A stretch of DNA of 64,000 nt from Cirrosporium novae-zelandiae (GCA_026023565.1 JAPETS010000070.1:1-64000); one strand, 5' to 3'. Positions 25,321 to 38,709 are shown, numbered from the stretch's first letter. The notes: a model not told the origin generated them from the letters alone. Program-made: numbers and translations.

Positions 25321-26287
25321 GTTTTAAAGAAATGGAGTTAAAGACTTCTGAAGGACTGTGAAGAACTGATATGCGAAATAAAATATAAGAAGTTTCATGG
25401 TTTATATACTTCCCGAACCTGAGCTATCTGAAAGACAGTCATTATGATCTTTGCTTGCCATAGATATTGCTATGTAATGAAGAGAACTGTAATCGACATT
25501 TATTTTTTGATTAATGATCCGTTGGCGTGTACCCAACTCCAGGACACAGACATGACAGAGTACATGATAGCAAGAAAGTACTGAAGAGGCAGTCAAGCAT
25601 TGTTCAAATGTGGAAATGGGTTCTCTTTTAGCTATTTGTGACTTGCCAAGATAAAATCCTTCCGTTTTAACCGTTGTTGCCGATATGATTGATTGGTTGA
25701 ACCAGCAAAAAAGTTTGGGGCAATTTGTTCCTCCATGACGAAGGGTTTGGTCAGCAATATAAGTAAAGATTCGGGTGGGGAAAATCCTCAAGTCGCGCTT
25801 TGTATCATGCCGAAATACGTAGTTGGCCTTCCTACTCGACCTATTACATTCAGCCATCGTCAAACGTTAGTAGCTTGACATGCGGTGCTTAAAATTTCTA
25901 CAAGGTAAATTAAAAGCGGACCTGATATCAAAAACGTACAGGATTTGAAATATTCAGTTTTGCGGTTTAGATGCAATTTTAAATATCCCAAAGATACTCG
26001 TGGACCGACTTTGTGAAGCAATCAATTAATCAGAATTTAGATAGCTGGAGAGCATCTAATTACATTCAACTGGAAAATTGCAGATAAAGGGTGTGCTATT
26101 ACATCTAGATTTTTCAATAACAATTCCGAGGCCAACAGCAGACCATCCAGAGACAGGGTGCTTGAGAAATGCCAGCGACCAAATCTGAGCAATGTCCACC
26201 ACAGGGGACATTTCGACTGGTTCTAGGGTTCTAGCTCGTTACGTGCAAACACCCTAAACCCACAAGGAGCTTGGTTTTGAAAACAGC

Positions 26288-26860
26288 TTAGATCATCAGT
26301 CTCTCTACTGTATTCTTCACAGCCCGAATTTGGCTTGTCAACTCGCTGGCCTCATTTGTGGTGATGCTTGCCGCTATAACTGGTCGACTGACTCCACATG
26401 CTCTTCCCAAAGCCATCTTGCTTGGAACGTAAACGTAGGGTACATTTTTATCTTCAGCGACTAGGGGAAGATGAAGGAGAATAGCCAAAGGAGACGTATC
26501 TGGATGAAGATGTCAGCGTGTTCAGAACGGTAGGGCCTTTAATGCCACGCCAGAAGAATAGTGAGGATCGCATCATACCAGCAGCAAGAATTATTATTTC
26601 TGAGATACCGCGATTCAAGGTTTTGGTAGCTGTTGGGTGGGTTGATCAGCCGTGTACTTCCCTAGAAATAGAGCCAAGATAATTTTACAAACCTTCGTTT
26701 GCGCCTTTCTTAAGCTGGCGGTAATGAGAGGCTTGTTGAACAAGATCGAGGATTGTTTGGGTGACGGCCTCATCGGCGATAGGCCAAGCTATTAATATGT
26801 CAGTCAATTGGTTTGACTGGCGCATGTTTAGGTGAGCTCACCAACGGATTGTTCAGACAT
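26288..26860 (-). CDS. SNU13: Snu13 / 15.5K L7Ae-family RNA-binding protein (U4 snRNP, box C/D snoRNP)
   Basis: [77 protein letters not shown] over four exons. Confidence 0.97.
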
Positions 26861-26885
26861 GATGTTAAAGCTTGATATTTGATGT

Positions 26886-26922
26886 CAAAGGGTTCACTGC
26901 CTCGTTTATGGCTCGCCCTTTG
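26886..26922 (-). promoter_or_regulatory. Kink-turn hairpin in the putative 5' leader of SNU13
   Basis: Minus strand CAAAGGG-C-GA-GCC-ATAAACGA-GGC-AGT-GA-A-CCCTTTG: 3-bp C-stem, 3-nt AGU bulge, tandem G.A/A.G pairs, 7-bp NC-stem. Confidence 0.75.
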
Positions 26923-27823
26923 CGCGAGTATGGTAATAAAGGTGGGAAGTATAGAGTGGATGAAAGATAGTAAAACGAAGCTGTGGAATATCAAACTAAG
27001 AGAAAAAAATTTAGGTGATGAGTAATGTAGCGCTAGACCTAGACAGGGAATAGTAATTAGCTTTAGCACAAAGTTACAGTGTTACAGGATTGTGTAAATA
27101 TCGGCATTTCAAAAATACCGACCGCCTAGCTTCACAAAACTATGACGAAGCCAGGTAAACATAATGTTGAATGGAGAATATTTTCATAGTTCTCGGCGCA
27201 AGCTTTAGTTATCCTGGAAAGGTTCCTGCAATCATTCAATGGGCGATTCAAAAATACAAAATACATATTAAAGAAGCACTCACATCAATGTTACTCAGGT
27301 TTCTACTCTCCTCAACCAAACTTGGTAGGCCTCCCCGAGTGATCATCGATGGTTGACATAGGGAACATCCATAGGAATTACTGCTATCAAACACATAGTG
27401 AAAGGATGTTTAGCATGATGTCGATTTTTAATTGATGACTAGACACTGAGAAGCACTATCACTGGCCCCCTTGAAGTGTCTCATGCTACCAGTTCTGGGA
27501 ACGCCAAGGATATTCAATCATCTTCAGTATTAACCGCGATTACTTACCTATCTAAAAAACCCCACCATTATCAACATAGCAGACCCATCGGTTACATCAA
27601 TCAACTGCACTGCTCTATCGGTTAGGGCGCGCCCTTCAGTTGAGATGTCTTGCCAAACTAGCACTTTGAAGATTTGTATGCATGTACCGATTTGGACATG
27701 TAGGTGTACTATATCTTCATTATAAATATCATTGATTTGTTGCGAGATGGAGATTTTTCTTCGCCATCCTTCCATTCTTCTTCCTCAATTTAGTTCAAGA
27801 ATATAAATATATTTCACTCCAAT

Positions 27824-28944
27824 ATGCCTCACGCCAATCAACGACCTGAACTTCAACGTGTTGACTTTGATGATACGGTAGCTATCATTGAAGCTATTAA
27901 GAAGGATGGAGGTGTGATTGCAAAGAACTATACATCCCTTGAGGACCTTGAGAAAGTCAATGCAGAGACAAAGCCCTATCTCGATGCAGATAAGCCTTGG
28001 AAGGTATAGAACTCTCCTGGCCACCTACAATGCCAGTCTGATCCTCTTCCTCCTTTAAGGGGGCCCTCTTCCCACCAGAAACCCGTCGCTGCACCCGTCT
28101 TATCGGCCGCAGCGAAACTGCCCGAGAGAAGTGGCTCGTTAACCAGCGTCTTACTGAAGTCTTGAATTACTTCGTCACCAAGACAACAAAAAACTACTAT
28201 GACCAGAAACAACACACCTATACTACTTACCCTGTCTTGTCGGTCTCCATCACAATGGATGTGCGCCCTGGAGCAAAAGGGCAACGATTCCATCGAGATG
28301 ACAAAGTTCATCATGTTGACCATGAAGACATGACTCAAACAGGATATCAACGTGAGGCCGATATTAGTATGGCTGTTTTAGTTCCTGGATGCAAGACGAC
28401 AATTGAGAATGGTGCTACTTTGGTGAGATTATTCAAATTCAAGAAATGGTTGACATTGAGCTGATATCTGCTTCTCTAGGTTATCCCCGGTTCTCATCTG
28501 TGGGGAGATAACAGAGCCCCTCTTCTGGAAGAATGTGGCTATGCTACGATGGAGCCAGGCGAGGCGTTAATTTTTCTAGGCTCAACGTACCATGCTGGTG
28601 GAACAAACGCTACCACCGACACCAATCGTCCTGTGCATGGAATGTTTTTCTGTCGAGGCACACATCGAGCCGAGGTTTGCCCTATCCCTAACTTCTTTTA
28701 GGCAATGCGTATCTAGCTGACTAATTTAATGCTCCAGGAGAACCAATACCTAGCCTACTCGGCCTCAGAGGTCCTTAAGTGGTCCAAGGAAGCACAGATA
28801 AGAGCTGGCTATAACTGTTCTAGTCCTAATCTTGGTTTTGTCGATTTCTATATGCCCATTCAATTTCTGTCGGGCAAAATGGAGTCGGATAATATGGACC
28901 TGGATGGTTCCGACATGCAATTGTTGTCTCAGAAAGCGTTCTGA
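27824..28944 (+). CDS. Phytanoyl-CoA dioxygenase (PhyH) family Fe(II)/2-oxoglutarate dioxygenase
   Basis: IIEAIKKDGGVI, LFPPETRR, QRFHRDD (HxD), ENGATLVIPGSHLW, YHAGGTN, EENQYL; three introns. Confidence 0.93.
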
Positions 28945-29307
28945 ACCATGTGTACGTGTATGTTTGCGTAGAAGACATTGAATAGTGGAGAGAGCACCAT
29001 AAAGTCTATTATCCAAATATTATTTTATTTAGCTTTGATACTTTGGCTGTCAGTTTTCGTTGTGGGTCCCCTCACATTATCGATTATCGTCACTTGAACT
29101 GATAAGGTTATCTAATCTTTACAATACAATACCAAGAGGAACAAGACAGCTCACCTACCCCGCTCTTTAACAAGGTAACGTGAGGTATTTAGTTTAAACG
29201 CCCATGACTCGTAAATATCATTTCCTTTCTTAACTATTTCTCGCGCTTGCCTTCTTGTCTTACTCCCTTTTTCAATGGCTACTTTGTGAACATGATCAAT
29301 TTTAAAT

Positions 29308-31115
29308 ATGAGCACGGCTATTGGCAGGCGCCAAAGAACTTTTCGTGGATGTTTTACATGCCGTCGACGCAGGGTGAGATGCGATGAAAATAGACCAAGC
29401 TGTGGTGTTTGCGACCGCCTATCTTTGGATTGCGAAGGCTATGAAGCTCGACTTAAATGGATCCAGCCTATATTTTCCTGTGACTCTTTTAATGATGAAG
29501 TTCTCGAGGACCCAACGGATCTGGAAGAGACAAAGCAGAGCAGGCGTCTGCTATTTTCAGGTACCGTCGTTCTCCTCTCCTCGGTAATAGTCACACCCGA
29601 GCTTACTAGCCTGTACCTTTCAAAGATGATGAACGACAATTTATGGCTACCCAGATATCAAAGGGTCTCCCGGACTTGAATTTCAAACGCGTCTTTACCC
29701 GGCTTGAAGAGCAAGCTGCCGGCAATGAAATTGCCTTGCAAGGCCCGTTGGCCGTATTTCAATTCCAAAGGGCAAAATCGCCTCCTCTAATTATACAGAG
29801 CTCCGTTCCCGAAGATATTACTACTCTGGATGATGTCCTGGGGACAACGACTCCTCCGGCTTCCGTGGACGTGCAGAGCTTTTTTGACAACCTTGGCATT
29901 GACTCGTTCCTAGACATGGAGCCTTGTCCGGCACTGCCACACCCAGATGTTGACCATCACGAAGCTGATGATTTTCAAAATACTTTTCTCCATTTTGAAC
30001 CCATAACTGATCTGTCACGACCACTTCCTGCACCAGATGATTTCAATCAAACAATTCCATCAAATGCGCGATATCTTCTCGATCACTATGTCCAACATAT
30101 TGTGGATGTCATCTCTCCTATGCGCAACATGAAATCGCCATGGCGGATTCTTCACCTCCCAAGTGCATTAAATACTCTGGGCGAATTGTTACTCTGGAGG
30201 TCAACCAACCACGCAAAGCTGTCATTATTCTATGGGCTATTGGCCGTCAGCTCGTTCCATTTGGACAGAACCTTGGTCACAGAGGCAGGTTCTGGCTATT
30301 GGTGGAAAACTGGAGAAGGCTATGCTTCCAAGGCCAAACTTGAGCTTCAGAAGAGTTTAAGAGAAGAAGTAATGGGCCCAGACAGGGCGAAATACAAGGA
30401 CATGCTAATGGCAATATTGACCATGGTTACTATCTGTGTATGTCTATTGATGTATCCCATTTGAAGGCTTCTCAATGCCATGGATCCAGTATCCATTTCA
30501 CTAACTATTTGCAGGTGACAAGTGGAAGGCTAGAATATGCTCGACCATATTTACTAGATGCCGAAAAGTTAATTTCCCTACGAGGAATCCCTAAGCCTAA
30601 AAAGTCCCGAAAAGTCCGTCTCTTGCATACTATTTTCCTATTTCTTCGTCTTATTGAAGAAAGTTCTTTTGTCTACTCGGCTTCCCAGAACAAGGATCTA
30701 GCATTTGACAACACCAACCAAACTTCTACCCGGTATCCCTCTATCAGCATTCACACTCTAGAAAAAGCCAACGGGGAGCATCTAGGGCGATTAACTTCAT
30801 GGGATAATTTAATAGATGAATCCAGTACGGAAGGCAGGTCACTTTTTAACCAAGTCTACGGGATTCCGGAATCCCTGATGGTATTAATGTCGCATATTAC
30901 ATACCTAGCCACCGAGGTCCGACAGATGAGAATGCATGGAAACGGAAATCTCGAGGACCTTGAAAAAAGATGTAAAATCATTGAGGATCTGCTGTGCACC
31001 TGGACACCACCTTCTTACGTGGTAGAAGACTCGATATTTGCATCTCAAACCCCAATAGCCTCGGACTCGAACAATATCAACACCAACCCCAACACCAACA
31101 CCGAACCCCTCATCC

Positions 31116-31165
<50 letters not shown>

Positions 31166-31591
31166 CCTACCATAAACCACACCATCGCCCGCCACATGAG
31201 CCTAGCAATCCACTCCTCCCTCCTAATCTACTTCTACAGCCAAGTCCGCAACATAAACCCCTACATCCTCCAACCCCTCGTCAAACTAACAAAATCCCAC
31301 CTCTTGGCCTGCGAATCCGAGAAACTAAAACACTCCATCTGCTCCAGCAGCATCGCCTGGCCGGCCTTCATTGCGGCCACCGAGGCCCTGGACGAGCAGG
31401 ACTTCAGGGATATTATGGCGCTTATTAGGTCTTGCGGGGAGAGGTCGGGGCTTAGGCATTATGAGAAGGTGGCGGATGCGGCGTGTGATGTTTGGGAGGC
31501 GAGGCTGGTGGGAGGAGGGGGGGAGGGGGTGGAGAAGCCGAGTTGGATTGAGGTGCTTTTAAGGAGGAAGATTACGCTTGTGTTGTCGTGA
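29308..31591 (+). CDS. Zn(II)2Cys6 transcription factor (Arg81-like / Fungal_trans_2 domain) with a Q17 tract
   Basis: RTFRGCFTCRRRRVRCDENRPSCGVCDRLSLDCEGY; LLDHY..., KSPWRILHLP, YGIPESL, WPAFIAATEA; two introns. Confidence 0.92.
31115..31165 (+). repeat. (CAA)17 coding microsatellite (polyglutamine)
   Basis: Pure CAA run of 51 nt inside the TF last exon. Confidence 0.95.
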
Positions 31592-33663
31592 TTGGTAAAG
31601 GAACCTATAGAAAGGAAAGGGAAAGGGTAAAAACCAAAATTGATTGCAATTTTACATATTTTCATTTATTTTCTATCTTATTTACATATTTATTTATACA
31701 TAGCCCTTATAGTAGTTAGTCACCACATTCTTCTTCTTTTTCTTTTTCTTCTTCCTCTTCTTCTTCTTCTTCTCCTCCTTCTTCTTCTACTTCTTCTTCT
31801 ACTTCTACTTCTACTACTACTACTACTTCCATATAGATAGATAGATTTAAGACATCCCAATTAAATTGCTTTTGAGAAAGATAAAAGAAAAAAGAATAAA
31901 GCTTCTATGTTAGAGCCAACGGTCGATCCAAAGTAGGGTAAATAGATAGTGGCCAAGGTAGGTTAGGTTAGGTAGCTATCCCACCCTCACCCCATCTTTC
32001 CCCCACTCCCCTTCAAAAAAGAAGAAGAAGGAGAAAGGGAGATCCCCTATCAGCTATCAAAATCCCTGCCTAATCCCTTGCCCCCCCCCCCGTCCCCTAT
32101 TCCCATTCCATCCCACCTTATCCCACCTTATCCCACCCGTAATTAATAATCAATTAATCACCCCAGAGTTCCCCCTCACCCCACCTTTCATTCTTTGTTC
32201 CCCCTTTTCATTTTCGTCCCTTGTTTTCTATTTTTTTTTTTTTATATATATATATATTTATAAGTAGAAGGAAAGAAAGGAAAGGAGGTGAGAGGAGAGG
32301 AGAGGAGTGGGGGGTAAAAGCAGGGGAAACGGGGGGAGGGATATAAGGAAGGGAGGGAGAGGAAGTGAGATAAGATACCATCCTACCTTATAGAATACCA
32401 CTTCCAGTAATAATAACAATAAACAATAAACAATGATTACGAATACACGAATGTATGAATACCTACCTACCTACCTACCTACTCCACACACCACGTGTGT
32501 GTGCCTCCCCTCACTAACTCATAAGGTGAAATATATATTACAATTACAATTACAATTACCTAGGTACAGTACATAAAAACTTCCATATTTATTTCCCGTT
32601 AATTAGTCTACCTTATTCCCTAACCATAGTAATTACTAATGGTAATCTATTAAATTACCTAGGTAGGCCCCCCCATTAACCATTAAATTACCATAAGAAT
32701 CACTAATCTAATTAACTTATAATTCCTCGATCGTAATAATTAATTAACCCACACCCCATCCCCACCTACCATTTCCCTTTCCTCCCTTCTCTCCCTTCTC
32801 TCCCTTCTCTTCTCTTTTATTTCCCCTCCTTCTTTTTACCCTTACCTTCCATATCCCATATCATATCATATCATATTTTTATTTCATTTCCTATTTTCTT
32901 TTTTTTTTTTTCTTACAAGTCTTAAGAGGGATTAAGAGTGTGTGTGTGTGTGTTTGGCTTTTTGAGTGGTTGGGGGTTGGGGTGGATTGGAATTGGTATA
33001 GTAGAGGAGAGCAGGGGAGGAGAGGGGAATAGAAGTAAGGAGGGGTCAGGTCGGGTATTATATCTTATATCTTATATCTTAATTGTCCTATTGTCTGTTC
33101 TCTTTGTATATGAGAGGTATAGGAGGTGTTTGTTGTATTGAATTGTATACCTGGCTTGACTTAATCTAACCTAACCTAACCTAACCCTGAGTCGGAGAAG
33201 TAGAGAGCAGGGAGTTGGAGGTAGAGGGGTGGAGAGAAGGGGGGAGAGGAGGTGTTTATTAGATTGGGGGGGGGGGGGGTTAATGACGATTATTCATTTT
33301 ATTGTCTGCATGTCGCCTTCAGGTTATGGCGGACATAAGGATTGAGGGGTTAGACCTTCGTTGGATATATCTAATGTATTTCTCCCTCCCTTCTCGCTCC
33401 CTCCATCCCTCTCTTTCCCTTTTACATACCCGAAAAATTATAATTTTTCATGATGGCCAAGAAATTATGATGATTCTTTTTACCCTTAGGATTTTTTTTT
33501 GGTAATGATAAATATATTATATATTATCCAAATAGCTAACCAACCAACTCATCCAACTAATTTAACAGTCATTCCCAACCAACCGTTACGTTACGTTACG
33601 ATCCGATCATAAAAGTACAACAACAACCCCCTCACCCTCACCCACACCCACACCCTAACCCTC

Positions 33664-34465
33664 TCACTCCTTCCCCCCCTCCTCATTGAATCTCAAACAA
33701 ATCCCATTAACACAATGTCTCTCATCCGTTGGATTCGCATACCCCTCCCCCTTAAACACATGTCCCAAATGCCCCCCACAATTCGCGCAAACAATTTCCG
33801 TCCTACTCATTCCAAAACTACGATCTACGTTTCGTTTCACCGCTCCCGGGATGCTGTCGTAGTAGGCGGGCCAGCCGCAATGGGAGTTGAATTTGTGGGA
33901 GGCACGGTAGAGGGGGGCGGAACAGCCGGCGCAAGTGTAGGTTCCTGTGGTGGGGAGGTGGGTTGTGTAGGAGTGGGTGTTTGGGGGCTCAGTGGCTTGT
34001 TCGCGGAGGACGCGGAATTGTTCTGGGCGTGGGTTAGTGAAAGGTAGGTAGTGGAGAGAGAGGGGGTGAGGAAGTACCAGGGCTTAGCACTGCACGCCAT
34101 TCGTCTTTGGATTTTTGGACGGGGAAGTCTGAGGAGGACATTTTTGGGGTCGAGGTGCCGAAAAGGGAGGAGAGGATTTTTGACATGGGATTTTGTGGGT
34201 GGGGATGGCGTTTGAGGAGTGTTGTTCTGTGGTGAAACTGACGATAGTGCTGATGTGAGGTTGGAGATGAGAGCGGTGAGGATTTAGCTGTTGTTCTTAT
34301 TCTTGTGGTTGTTGCTGTTGTTGCTGTTGCGGTTCCAAGGACTCTGTAGGAGATGGACTGGATGCTATGAGAATAATAGTAATCGCTGTAGGTAAGAATT
34401 GACCAAGTACTTCGAATGGGTTTTATGCCGAGGAGGATACTGCGAGGTTGAGATCGGAGGGACAT
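33664..34465 (-). CDS. MXR2: Peptide methionine-R-sulfoxide reductase MsrB (start uncertain)
   Basis: FPVQKSKDEWRAVLSPEQFRVLREQATE, Y.CAGC..PLY, KFNSHCGWPAY, EIVCANCGGHLGHVFKGEG, DERHCVN; in-frame ATGs at 34471, 34465, 34186, 34141. Confidence 0.93.
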
Positions 34466-35735
34466 GTACATATAGATATAGATGTTAGATATATACCCTA
34501 GAATATATCTCGACAATATCCGAGTGGATTATAGTTTTCACCTAATTAATAAAAAGAGTAGAGAGATTCCAAATAATCAAGCCACCAAGCTTAATTAGAT
34601 AGATAATTAAATCTGGACGGGGATTGCTTATGGGATGAAAGGATTCCAAATTGTGCTGTACTGTATTAGGTGAGGAGGTGGGTAATTTAGTGGCGACGCC
34701 CCGCCACTTTAGAGTATTCGAGTATTGTCGAGTACAGTACCAGTACCTAGGTAATTATGCCTTCATCACTTCGTCATTGGGGGTTGTTTCTTTCAAGGAA
34801 CAATGGGATTGGTGGGGCTTGCATGTGGACCCTGAACTCGGGACCAGGGGGTAACTGACCTCCGGGTTCCCGAAAGATTATGCTATCAAAAGCATAATTA
34901 ATCCTCGCTTTGTTTCCTTGGTCTGACGTACATAGTACCTGGATATCATCTTGTGAATCAACGGCGAGTCAATCATTTTTCTTATTATAGCTAGTTTTCT
35001 CTGCCTCAAAAGTCATGACAATAATACAACAGCATACCAGGGATGATCATTAATAGATCCTATAGAGCCTGTTTAATCTGTGCGCCTTCCACCTTAAGGG
35101 GGCAATGTGTGCGTATGCGTCCATGTACAATGTCTGCGTTCCAAGATATCAAGGGTCTCAGTAACAGGAGCTTGCTTGATTTGATAACAGGGGAAAATAT
35201 TGGAAATGTCCTCCGACCCCCGCTTACCCTCCATCCACAATCATAGACTTCCCTGACCTTCCATAACCATATTATATCCTCCAATCTAGCAGCTCCTCCA
35301 AACCCCCTTACCATACAACCCCTGTCCCGGGTTGCATTCCATGACCCTCAGATTCCATATGCGACAACGACAAGATATCCGGGGCGACCAGTGAAAAGCT
35401 TGAAACCGATATAAAAAGGTGGAATAGCAAAACAGTAGTAGTGAAAAAAAGAAGCCCGCACACTTTGTTCTAGAAGAAAGGCTTAATAATTTGTCCTTTG
35501 AAGAAGAGAAATATAATCAAGGAATTCTTTCTCTTGGTTTTCCCATCCACTATGTCCGGCGTTCTCTGAGAATATGATGAGCACCCTGGTCACATCACAT
35601 CACTATAAGACCTTTTCTGTATGGGGGTCCATGGTTTGTTAAAAGAGTCAATCGTACCACCTAGAGTCCTGTTACTGTGCCACCTAAACACCGCCTAGAA
35701 GCGCCCTTTCCTTTCTTCGTATCGAAATTAGAAAA

Positions 35736-38709
35736 CTACCACATGTCGTTACCCCCACCTTCTCTGGAGCTGTCATATTGATCTCCGTAGCTGTATCCGT
35801 TGCTGTTGCTGTGGGAAGTGTGCTGGCTAGCCCTGGAGTGGGGACGGTCGTCTTCGTGTTCGTCATCTTCGTAATCATAAAGATCATCACCATAGTCATC
35901 GTCTTGCATCTGCTGCTGTTGCTGCTGCTGATGTTGTTGCTGTTGCAAAGCTGCTTGTTGCTGGAAGGATGTTAGCTTGTTTAACTTATTCCTGAGGCAA
36001 GTTTTCATTTTGTACCTCTTGATATCGTTGGTATTGGGTGAATTCATCAGGCTGGTTCTTCTGGCGTTGCTGGGCTTGACGTTGAGAAGAAGACCGTTGA
36101 CCTGGTTGGGTGGGAACCTGGATCTGAGGATGCATCTGTTGAACTTTGGCAAGGTAAGAGTACATAAAGTTGCTCAACAAGACCTGAGAATAGAGCGAAC
36201 GTCGAGGGTTTGCGAGCTTGATGTGAGCCATACGATAGATAGCACGTTCTTCAAGAAGCGAAAATCGGGTCCAGTTGTAATCGACATCTGGACGAAGAAT
36301 CCGACGGGGTGGCTCGGGAGAGAGATTTCGAGAAGAGTGCTTCTTTGCTGTTGTCTCTCGCTCCGTAGCTTTCTTTTTCCCTCCCCCAAGGAATGAAAAG
36401 AAGCCAGACTCTTTCTCTTTCTTGTCTCCACTTCCTGCCTTCCGGGAGCTCTCCTTTTTGCGCTCCTCTTCGAGCTTGTAGTCGCCACGATCAATAACCA
36501 AGCTCTCACGGCCCCTTCCACCTTCGATCGAGTTTTGTAGAACATCAAGGCGGGTGGTATCGTGTGACTTGTCATTTGACTTGGAGAGTTTGGACCTTTT
36601 CTTTTCATCCTCCTTCTTATCATCACCGCCAAATAACTTACTCCAACTGGATTTTCTGGTACCTTCACTTTCCTTGTCCTTTTTACTTTTCTTATCGCTC
36701 TTTTTCTCCTCTGCAAGAACTGGCACAAATGAAAGATTAGCCGTACTGGTACTATTTCCAGGCAAGGGAGATGGATGGGCGGCCATTTCGTTCAAAGTCT
36801 GAGCTGGGGTTTGAGACGCTGTCTGGCGCATCAAGCCCGGCCTCCTGGACCGCTGAGAACCGGCTGGCTCATGCATGGGGCGACTTTGATGAGTTGGTAA
36901 GGATATCGGTCTCTCGTGAGATGATGTTCTTTCGGGGAGGTTCGCTTGAGCTGGTGTAGATGATGATGTAGATGGTCTTTGCGGCTCTGCGGCCGGAGGG
37001 GTTTTGACAATCTGAGGGACTGCAGGAGATGGAGGCGCTGGGGTTTCAGGACGTGTAGAAGTGGGCTCCGGTGGGCTAGTTGCCCTCACTGGCTGTTCTA
37101 GTGAGGGCTGTTGTGCTTGTTGTGGTTTGGGGGATTGTTTGATGCCATTAAGCGAGGTGCCCGAGGTAGTGTCAGCCTTGTCGGCGCTGGCAGATTTTCC
37201 ACGGGGGACTCTGGAAGGACGTGAAAAGTTCTCTGGCAGTTTGGGGGTGGGTGGAATTGGGTCCGTATTGGAACGGGCAAGATTCAAGCCATACTGATCG
37301 TCCTCGGCGTGAGCTGGGGTTGTTGCCGGGGATTCATCTGGCTCCGTAGCTGATAGTGTTTTAATCGCACGCCGAGACGGGGGGATTCGTTCCCCCTTTC
37401 TCAAGCTGCCTTTACGATAAGTAGTATGCTTAGACCGTCTTAAACCGGAGCCTGGCGGGGCCACGGGTAAGATGGGCATATCCTCACTTGCTGGTACTTC
37501 TCCTCCTTTATTTGAACGTGCAGACTGAGCCGATTCTGCACTCATCCTCTTGACCAGATTTGCAGGATCATTTACTAAAGTTTCAAGCTCCTGGAGATTT
37601 GAAAAGGTCACTGGCTCGCTCGACTGGGACCCAGAACGTGATCTACTGCGTACAAGTCTCTCGGCACCATCCGTGTAACTTTCAGCTGCCCTGGATTTAT
37701 CAATCTGCCTCGACAGCATTGACTTTTTCCGGCGCAGCCCACTACTGGAGTCGGATCTTGTCATGGGAGAACCATCTGGGGAGAGGCTCAACTCGCCCGA
37801 CCGCCGTTTAATTTGCTCCTTTTTACTTTCAATGAAAGATTTGAAGCTGTCTGGTGCAAGCTCGGGGTGCAGCCGGGCAGGAACCCAGAAAAGCCTTGAT
37901 GGATCGTCATCGTCGGCAGACGCGGAAGGTGATATTGTGGGCATAAAATTATTGAACGATGGAAGGTCAGGGTCCCCAACAGCATTGACATCCATGGACA
38001 TTCTCCTCAATGCCTGAAGATTACTCAACTCCTGGGCCACTGCCGCTGGATTGGATTCATAGTCAATATCCGTAAGTGGAAATTGTGAATTGGCCGTTTC
38101 AGACGGTGACCGCTCGTGCAAGCTTATGGTGGGTGATTGTGGTCTATTACTATTCTCTCGTCCACGAGAGTTATTTTTTGTTGGGGTTATTCTACCATCA
38201 CCATTGACATGTGGATTTATATGATCGTTCGATATTGCTCGGAAAAGAGGATTCCGCGGTGGAGAGTCCGGAGAAGGATCATAGTATTGTTGAGAGGTAT
38301 CGTCCACATCTAGCGAGGATGCAGAAAAAGAAAGTGGCCGCGAATCTCGTCTTCCGTCATTTTGTTCACCATACATATCTCCGATGGCTTCGGTTACGTG
38401 GTGATCGGCGTCACTGATGGAGAGTTGAGGCACATGGCCTCTCCGCGACGAATACTCTCCACCCACATCGCGGATTCTCGAAGAGGTCTACCAACACCAA
38501 CAACAGGTTAGCACTGGACCCCAAATGACGGAAATCTCTTTGGAAGGGTGCGGTGGCCGGAATTGTGCCGCAAACTACATGTGCCAGGATGCCCAAGGGT
38601 CCAATGCTGGTTATTTGCCGACATTGGAAGCTGCCAAAATGCACAGGTCCAATCTCTCCAAACAACAGGGTCGGAACTCTGATTCAAGAATATTGAAACC
38701 CACCTGCAT
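35736..38709 (-). CDS. ZDS1: Zds1-family protein (PP2A-Cdc55 regulator / telomere silencing)
   Basis: LFWVPARLHPELAP and Zds C-terminal motif RFSLLEERAIYRMAHIKLANPRRSLYSQVLLSNFMYSYL; likely 2-codon first exon ATGCAG|gtgggt at 38709 joining 38487 in frame. Confidence 0.9.

Noticed and set aside
4300..31591. Secondary-metabolite biosynthetic gene cluster
   Set aside because: No PKS, NRPS, terpene cyclase or prenyltransferase core, and housekeeping genes are interleaved
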